IMG/VR virus record: IMGVR_UViG_3300032167_007427
Source of the DNA: an uncultured virus (IMG/VR IMGVR_UViG_3300032167_007427)
Lineage: Duplodnaviria; Heunggongvirae; Uroviricota; Caudoviricetes
Reading direction: 5' to 3' (one strand)
DNA: 64,000 nucleotides
Position 1 is the first letter of the stretch. Each line of letters opens with the position of its first letter. Shown in pieces: positions 58,419 through 64,000 of the stretch. The notes beneath the pieces were generated by a model, which saw only the letters and a program-made list of their open reading frames with translations, was not told where the DNA came from and ran no database searches. The position numbers were made by a program, and so were the translations under genes.

Positions 58419-59348
58419 ATGAAACTTCATAAGCTCATTCTAACCGAAAACGCCTGCTATAAGGCTGGTAAAAAAATCACCGTCAAGGGTATTATGGTTC
58501 ATTCCACGGGTTGTAATAATCCTTGGCTCTGGCGTTATGTCGGCCCCAATGACGGCAAACTCGGTGAAAACAAGTATAACACCCATTGGAACACCTACCA
58601 TCCCGGCGGTCGTGAAGTATGCGTTCACGCCTTTATAGGCAAACTCGCTGACGGATCTATTGCAACGTACCAGACATTGCCGTGGAATCACCGTGGTTGG
58701 CACGCAGGTGGTTCGGCAAATAATACCCACATCGGATTTGAAATCTGTGAGGATGATTTGACCGATGCTACATACTTCAACAAAGTCTATCGTGAAGCTG
58801 TGGAACTTTGTGCATACCTTTGTAAGGAGTATGGCCTCACCGAGAAGAACATCATCTGTCACAGCGAAGGTTACAAGCAGGGCGTTGCTTCAAACCACGC
58901 AGACGTTATGCACTGGTTCCCTAAGTACGGAAAGTCTATGGATACCTTCCGTGCTGATGTAAAGGCATTGCTCGGAAAGAACTCTGAAACAGTCACCAAG
59001 GATGATACTACCGTGTATCCCGAAAAGCTGACCACCGGCTATTACCGTGTACGTAAGTCCTGGAAGGATAGTAAGTCCCAGGTAGGTGCTTACCGTGTTC
59101 TCTCTAATGCAAAAGCTACCGCCGACAAAAATCCCGGTACTTACGTATTTACCAACGATGGTAAAGCAATTTATCCTACAGCAACACAGACAACGTACCG
59201 TGTCCATACTGTAGTGACCGGCGACAGCCTTTGGAAAATCGCGCAGAAGTACCTCGGTGACGGTAACCGATATCCCGAAATCAAGTCGCTCAACGGTCTT
59301 ACTTCCAACACCATCTACAGCGGATGGAAACTGAAAATACCTAACTAA
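58419..59348 (+). CDS. Endolysin (Amidase_2 + LysM)
   Basis: IMVHSTG, GWHAG, IGFEICE, HADV; GDSLWKIA LysM. Confidence 0.92.
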   Translation: MKLHKLILTENACYKAGKKITVKGIMVHSTGCNNPWLWRYVGPNDGKLGENKYNTHWNTYHPGGREVCVHAFIGKLADGSIATYQTLPWNHRGWHAGGSANNTHIGFEICEDDLTDATYFNKVYREAVELCAYLCKEYGLTEKNIICHSEGYKQGVASNHADVMHWFPKYGKSMDTFRADVKALLGKNSETVTKDDTTVYPEKLTTGYYRVRKSWKDSKSQVGAYRVLSNAKATADKNPGTYVFTNDGKAIYPTATQTTYRVHTVVTGDSLWKIAQKYLGDGNRYPEIKSLNGLTSNTIYSGWKLKIPN

Positions 59349-59351
59349 CAC

Positions 59352-59393
59352 TATGCCCATCGAGGAGAAATCTTCGGTGGGCATATTTTTTTT
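59352..59393 (+). terminator. Late operon terminator
   Basis: TATGCCCATCGA...TCGGTGGGCATA plus T run. Confidence 0.8.
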
Positions 59394-59411
59394 GCACATT
59401 TTTTGATTTTG

Positions 59412-59449
59412 GGTGGAAAAACAAATTCAAAATGTCCAACCAGGGGGTG
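59412..59449 (+). promoter_or_regulatory. 38-bp motif, copy B
   Basis: Arms identical to 19845-19882. Confidence 0.7.
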
Positions 59450-59475
59450 AAGAACACTAAAAGCGAGGTCAAAAT

Positions 59476-59859
59476 ATGCAAAAAGAAAATGAAATCATCG
59501 CCCTCCAAAAGCAAGGTTATGGCTATAGACGTATTGCTACTATGCTTGAACTTCCGATAAACAAGGTGCGCTATTTTTGCGAAAAGAATCCTTATAACTC
59601 TAATAATAAAAAGTGTCTTAACTGTGGTATCGCAATCAAAAACACACCACATAAACGTGAAAAGAAGTTCTGTTCAGATAAATGCCGTATGGATTGGTGG
59701 AATTCTCACCCTGAACTTGTAAACCGTAAAGCAATGTATCACCTTATCTGTAGCCATTGCGGTAAACCTTTTGATGCCTACGGAAAGGCAAACAAAAAAT
59801 ACTGTTCTCGTGCTTGTTATGCTGATGCCAGACGTAAAGGAGGAAGCAACAATGAGTGA
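59476..59859 (+). CDS. HTH + double zinc-finger protein
   Basis: GYGYRRIA; CLNC..FCSDKC; CSHC..YCSRAC. Confidence 0.8.
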   Translation: MQKENEIIALQKQGYGYRRIATMLELPINKVRYFCEKNPYNSNNKKCLNCGIAIKNTPHKREKKFCSDKCRMDWWNSHPELVNRKAMYHLICSHCGKPFDAYGKANKKYCSRACYADARRKGGSNNE

Positions 59860-60013
59860 TGAACTCTTCCGTCGCATTCTTCTTTATAAAACCACAATGG
59901 CTACTATCAAGAAAATGCTTGAAAATGGCTTAATTACTCCCGAAGAATACGCCATAATTGACACAAAAATTGCCGAGAAATATGCCTTAAATTCGTCTGT
60001 TATATATCGCTGA
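59852..60013 (+). CDS. SHOCT-like small protein
   Basis: KKMLENGLITPEEY; RBS AGGAGG. Confidence 0.75.
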   Translation: MSDELFRRILLYKTTMATIKKMLENGLITPEEYAIIDTKIAEKYALNSSVIYR

Positions 60014-60072
60014 TAACCGTTGACTTATCAGGGATTTAGAGTGATATATATGATGACAATAAGGAGGTATAT

Positions 60073-61374
60073 ATGGATAGAAATGTAGAAAGGGTGGTAT
60101 TCAATACACCTAAAAAGCCAAAGGCAACAAAAGTTGCTGCCTATGCACGTGTTTCAAGTGGCAAGGATGCAATGCTTCATTCCTTATCGGCTCAGGTCAG
60201 TTATTATTCTAACCTCATTCAAAATCACGAGGGCTGGTTGTATGTTGGAGTTTACAGAGACGAAGGAATAACGGGCACTAAAGAACAGAGGAACGGGTTT
60301 CAAAGGCTTATGAACGATTGCCGAGCCGGGAAAATTGACCTAATAATAACAAAGAGTATTTCACGCTTTGCACGAAATACAGTCACATTACTTGAAGCGG
60401 TTAGAGAGCTCAAATCTTTGGGAATCGGAATACTTTTCGAGGAACAGAACATTAATACCCTCACAGCTGAAGGAGAATTTATGATTACAATTCTCGCATC
60501 CTATGCTCAAGAGGAGAGCCTATCAGCAAGCGAAAATCAGAAATGGCGTGTAAAGAAAAACTTTGAAGAAGGTAAACCCTGGACGGGAAAGATGCTCGGT
60601 TACCGTTATGATCACGGCACATATAGAGTTATCCCCGAAGAGGCCGAAACTGTTAAACTGATTTTTTCAACCTACCTTAAAGGGAAAGGGATAATTTCCA
60701 TTGTAAATATGCTCAACGCCAAAGGAATCCCTTCTCCGAACAGTGAAAAATGGAGTCAAACCACGGTAAGAAAAATACTCAGCCAATACACCTATACAGG
60801 AAACTTGCTGCTACAGCGATTTTACCGTAATAACCATCTTGAAAAAATCACAATGGTTAATCACGGCGAATTGCCGATGTACCACGTTGAGGGGTGCCAC
60901 GAACCTATTATCCCACTTGAAGAATTCACAGCCGTCCAGAATCGCCTTGCAGAACAAGCCGAAAAGTTCAATAAATCCAAAGGCACTAAAAAACTATACC
61001 CTTTTACAGGACGAGTTGTGTGCGCCGGATGTGGAAAGAACTTCAAAAGAAGGACCACGCCTACTACTGTCACCTGGGTTTGCCCAACTTACAATTCACA
61101 AGGTAAATCCGCTTGTGATGCAAAACAGATTCCCGAAGAAACACTTATCAAAACATGCAAAGAAGTCCTCGGTGTTGAGGATATTACTACGGAGTTGCTC
61201 TACAGCCGTTTAACGGCTATACGAGCCGATAAAAACAACACACTAATATTCTGTTTCCGTGACGGAAAAGAAATCGTTAAACGATGGAAAGACCGTTCAC
61301 GCTCGGAAAGTTGGACTCCTGAAATGAGAGCCGAGGTAAGCAGACGAAGAAGGGAGAGTATGGTTAATGGCTAA
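60073..61374 (+). CDS. Large serine recombinase 1
   Basis: AYARVSS, KSISRFARN, CAGC...WVC zinc ribbon. Confidence 0.93.
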   Translation: MDRNVERVVFNTPKKPKATKVAAYARVSSGKDAMLHSLSAQVSYYSNLIQNHEGWLYVGVYRDEGITGTKEQRNGFQRLMNDCRAGKIDLIITKSISRFARNTVTLLEAVRELKSLGIGILFEEQNINTLTAEGEFMITILASYAQEESLSASENQKWRVKKNFEEGKPWTGKMLGYRYDHGTYRVIPEEAETVKLIFSTYLKGKGIISIVNMLNAKGIPSPNSEKWSQTTVRKILSQYTYTGNLLLQRFYRNNHLEKITMVNHGELPMYHVEGCHEPIIPLEEFTAVQNRLAEQAEKFNKSKGTKKLYPFTGRVVCAGCGKNFKRRTTPTTVTWVCPTYNSQGKSACDAKQIPEETLIKTCKEVLGVEDITTELLYSRLTAIRADKNNTLIFCFRDGKEIVKRWKDRSRSESWTPEMRAEVSRRRRESMVNG

Positions 61375-62947
61375 AACCGTCACAAAGATACCCGCCACGA
61401 TAAACCCTATTACACGAATGCCCATAATGGGAAGGCGTAAACGCCGTGTTGCGGGATATGCGAGAGTATCCACAGATAAAGATGAACAGTTTAGCTCATA
61501 TGAAGCACAGGTCGATTACTACACAAAATACATACAGGCTAATCCTGAATGGGAGTTTGTCAAGGTTTATACCGATGAGGGCATTTCAGCAACAAGCACA
61601 AAACGCCGAGACGGCTTCAATGAAATGATTAATGATGCGCTTAACGGTAAAATAGACCTCATTGTAACCAAGTCCGTCAGTCGTTTTGCTCGAAACACGG
61701 TCGATAGTTTGACTACAATTCGCAAACTCAAAGAAAAGATGGTCGAGGTCTATTTTGAAAAAGAAAACATATGGACTTTTGAATCTAAAGGTGAGTTGCT
61801 TCTCACAATCATGTCCTCTATTGCACAAGAGGAGAGCCGATCCATCTCCGAAAACATAACCTGGGGTAAAAGGAAAAGCGCATCGGACGGAAAAGTCAGC
61901 CTTGCATATAAATATTTCCTTGGCTACGATAAAGGCCCCAACGGACTTGTTATAAATGAAGAGCAAGCCGTAATTGTCCGTCGTATATACCGAGATTTCA
62001 TTGCCGGAAAAACAACTTGGACAATAGCAGAAGAGTTGACTGCCGAGGGTATATTAACTCCCGGAGGTAAAGAACAATGGCGTACAACAACCGTTGAAAG
62101 CATCCTCACAAACGAGAAATACAAAGGGGCAGCACTTCTACAAAAAACTTTCACGGTTGACTACCTTTCAAAGAAAGTAAAAGTAAATGAGGGAGAGGTT
62201 CCCCAATATTACGTCGAGGATAGCCACCCCGCCATCATACCCCCTGATGAATGGGATAGGGTTCAAAAGGAAATCGCAAGACGTAGAAGCCTTGGGCGCA
62301 AGTATAGCGGGAACGGCATTTTTGCAACACGCATTGTATGCGGTGAATGCGGTGCATATTATGGGGCAAAGGTATGGAATTCCAACGATAAATACCGCCG
62401 TGTTGTATGGCAATGCAACGATAAGTTCAAAGGCAAAGGTAAAGATAAATGTACCACTATCCACCTTTCTGAGGATGAAATCAAGCGTAGATTTATAACC
62501 GCATTCAATATCCTTTTTGATAGCAAAGACGAGGTTATTGCAAATTGTGAGATGGTCGCAAGGCTCTTCTCCGACACTACGGATCTTGACGAAAAGAAGG
62601 ATACCTTATTACAAGAACTTGAGGTTGTTTCGGAGCTTATTCAAAAGCTGATTGATGAGAACGCTTCTCAGGCACAAGACCAAGGCGATTATATGGCTCG
62701 GTATAACGCCTATGTAAAACGGTACGAGAGTTTCAACGAAAAGTTCAAAACCATAGAACAAGAAATCCTTGTCCGAAAAGGACGAGCCGATGCCTTTGAT
62801 GATTTTATAAGGGTCTTTGCCACAGTTGAGGACAAACTTCTTGATTTTGATGACAACCTATGGGTACTTACAATCGATAAAGTAAAGGTAATGCCGAACG
62901 GTGAACTTCGTTTTGTTTTCCAAAACGGAGCAGAAATTATCGCCTGA
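61367..62947 (+). CDS. Large serine recombinase 2
   Basis: GYARVST, KSVSRFARN, CGECG, coiled coil. Confidence 0.95.
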   Translation: MAKTVTKIPATINPITRMPIMGRRKRRVAGYARVSTDKDEQFSSYEAQVDYYTKYIQANPEWEFVKVYTDEGISATSTKRRDGFNEMINDALNGKIDLIVTKSVSRFARNTVDSLTTIRKLKEKMVEVYFEKENIWTFESKGELLLTIMSSIAQEESRSISENITWGKRKSASDGKVSLAYKYFLGYDKGPNGLVINEEQAVIVRRIYRDFIAGKTTWTIAEELTAEGILTPGGKEQWRTTTVESILTNEKYKGAALLQKTFTVDYLSKKVKVNEGEVPQYYVEDSHPAIIPPDEWDRVQKEIARRRSLGRKYSGNGIFATRIVCGECGAYYGAKVWNSNDKYRRVVWQCNDKFKGKGKDKCTTIHLSEDEIKRRFITAFNILFDSKDEVIANCEMVARLFSDTTDLDEKKDTLLQELEVVSELIQKLIDENASQAQDQGDYMARYNAYVKRYESFNEKFKTIEQEILVRKGRADAFDDFIRVFATVEDKLLDFDDNLWVLTIDKVKVMPNGELRFVFQNGAEIIA

Positions 62948-62960
62948 ACTCAACGTCCAA

Positions 62961-62992
62961 AAAGCTCCTGTGCATTTTCACGCAGGAGCCTT
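62961..62992. terminator. Hairpin between convergent genes
   Basis: GCTCCTGTG...CGCAGGAGC. Confidence 0.65.
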
Positions 62993-62997
62993 ATTGG

Positions 62998-63933
62998 TTA
63001 TTCTTCTTCGTCATTGATTAATCCATCAACTCCCTCGGTATCTTCGTCTCCGATAGTATCATCAATGTCATCGACATCATCGAATACAATACTCTCGTAG
63101 GCATCGTCATCACCAAAGGTTTCATCCGCTACAAACGACATTTCTTTAGCATACAGTTTATTCATAGAAAGGCGTTGCTCAAGGTTCTTTTTCTTACCGT
63201 TATATGCAATTATCATTGCCTCGCAGACACCTAAAGAACCTGGGCGTCGGTCTTTTGCGTTACGCATTAGTTGCTTGATAGATAATGCGCCAACCTTATC
63301 TTTGAAAATATCTTCATCAAGGCGACCGCGATATGTTACAACAAGCTTGGCGGTGGCATTCAGAATATTTGCTGCAAAAGAGTTGGAATCGCCCTCCCAG
63401 GCTCCAATACAAAGACGAAGAACACGATTCAAGACGTGATACCCGTATTTAGAATATATGGCCTCCAAGGTTGAAACCGCACAGATAGAACCTGGTGCTT
63501 TCTTACGAGAAATACGTAATCCATACGATTCTACAAGCCCTTTGATTGTAAGTTGGTCATTATTACCCGCCTCTACATTAGCTGTAAAAACTTCGTGGGG
63601 ATTTAGGCTTTTTACAAACTTCTGCTGATTTGCAAAAATATCAGCTTCGTGTTCGTAACATAAGTCATCATAAATCATGCACCAAACGGGTGTATCTCTC
63701 GAGCCTGATACCATTGCTACAATCTCAATGGTGTGCTGACCATTAAAGACGTAGTTTATGCCGTTTCTTCGACTTACTTTTACGGGATTAATTTGATAAA
63801 GGTCGAAGTTCTCCGCAGCACGAATAACGTGTTGTTCTGAAAGGCTACGCTGATAATCCTGGTTTGACACAAGATTTTTAATTGGGATTTTCTCGAAATA
63901 GACATTGGGGACAAATTCCATAAATTCATCCAT
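62998..63933 (-). CDS. ParB/Srx-like (DUF6551-like) protein with acidic tail
   Basis: YQR.L, PVKVS.R, VFNGQHT. Confidence 0.7.
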   Translation of the reverse strand: MDEFMEFVPNVYFEKIPIKNLVSNQDYQRSLSEQHVIRAAENFDLYQINPVKVSRRNGINYVFNGQHTIEIVAMVSGSRDTPVWCMIYDDLCYEHEADIFANQQKFVKSLNPHEVFTANVEAGNNDQLTIKGLVESYGLRISRKKAPGSICAVSTLEAIYSKYGYHVLNRVLRLCIGAWEGDSNSFAANILNATAKLVVTYRGRLDEDIFKDKVGALSIKQLMRNAKDRRPGSLGVCEAMIIAYNGKKKNLEQRLSMNKLYAKEMSFVADETFGDDDAYESIVFDDVDDIDDTIGDEDTEGVDGLINDEEE

Positions 63934-64000
63934 TTAATCATCCTCCTCCGCTTTTAACGCCAACTCATATGCGGTATCGGCGAGTTCGGTCAAAGCCTCT
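63934..64000 (-). CDS. 3' end of an upstream gene (partial)
   Basis: ...ELALKAEEDD-stop abutting the next ATG. Confidence 0.5.
   Translation of the reverse strand, partial: EALTELADTAYELALKAEEDD

Larger units (their letters stand above)
18982..62947 (+). mobile_element. Siphovirus-like temperate prophage (ends not defined)
   Basis: Complete co-oriented regulation-replication-packaging-head-tail-lysis-recombinase gene order. Confidence 0.9.

Noticed and set aside
19845..59449. 38-bp direct repeat as attL/attR
   Set aside because: Excision would leave the sigma gene and both recombinases behind; both copies sit just upstream of start codons, favouring promoters

Overview
Firmicutes-type (probably Clostridia) accessory DNA in two blocks. 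Block 1 (~1-18.5 kb) is a defence/regulatory island. It holds a type I R-M system (hsdR-hsdM-hsdS, minus strand) whose hsdS faces silent TRD cassettes across a tyrosine recombinase, with palindromic TTCTCATTATGAGAA sites (an hsdS shufflon). It also holds GIY-YIG and PD-(D/E)XK nucleases, SLOG, AbrB-like and sigma4-alphaCTD proteins, and an XRE/ImmA/DinB mutagenesis cassette. Block 2 (~19-63 kb) is an apparently intact siphovirus-like prophage, all on the + strand. It runs: sigma-like regulator behind a structured leader, PolA/primase/SNF2 replication, HNH-terminase, a MetK plus two-methyltransferase block, an amidoligase/GGCT moron block, HK97-type head, tail, lysis, and two large serine recombinases. 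Main hidden features: an out-of-frame gene nested in a multi-TRD cytosine methyltransferase, a 38-bp motif shared by the replication and recombination operons 39.6 kb apart, three repeated operator-promoter units, an ATA-initiated terminase, and a -1 frameshift with a 16-bp hairpin. No att sites, tRNA, rRNA or CRISPR were recognised. All family calls come from motif recognition by eye, not database searches.
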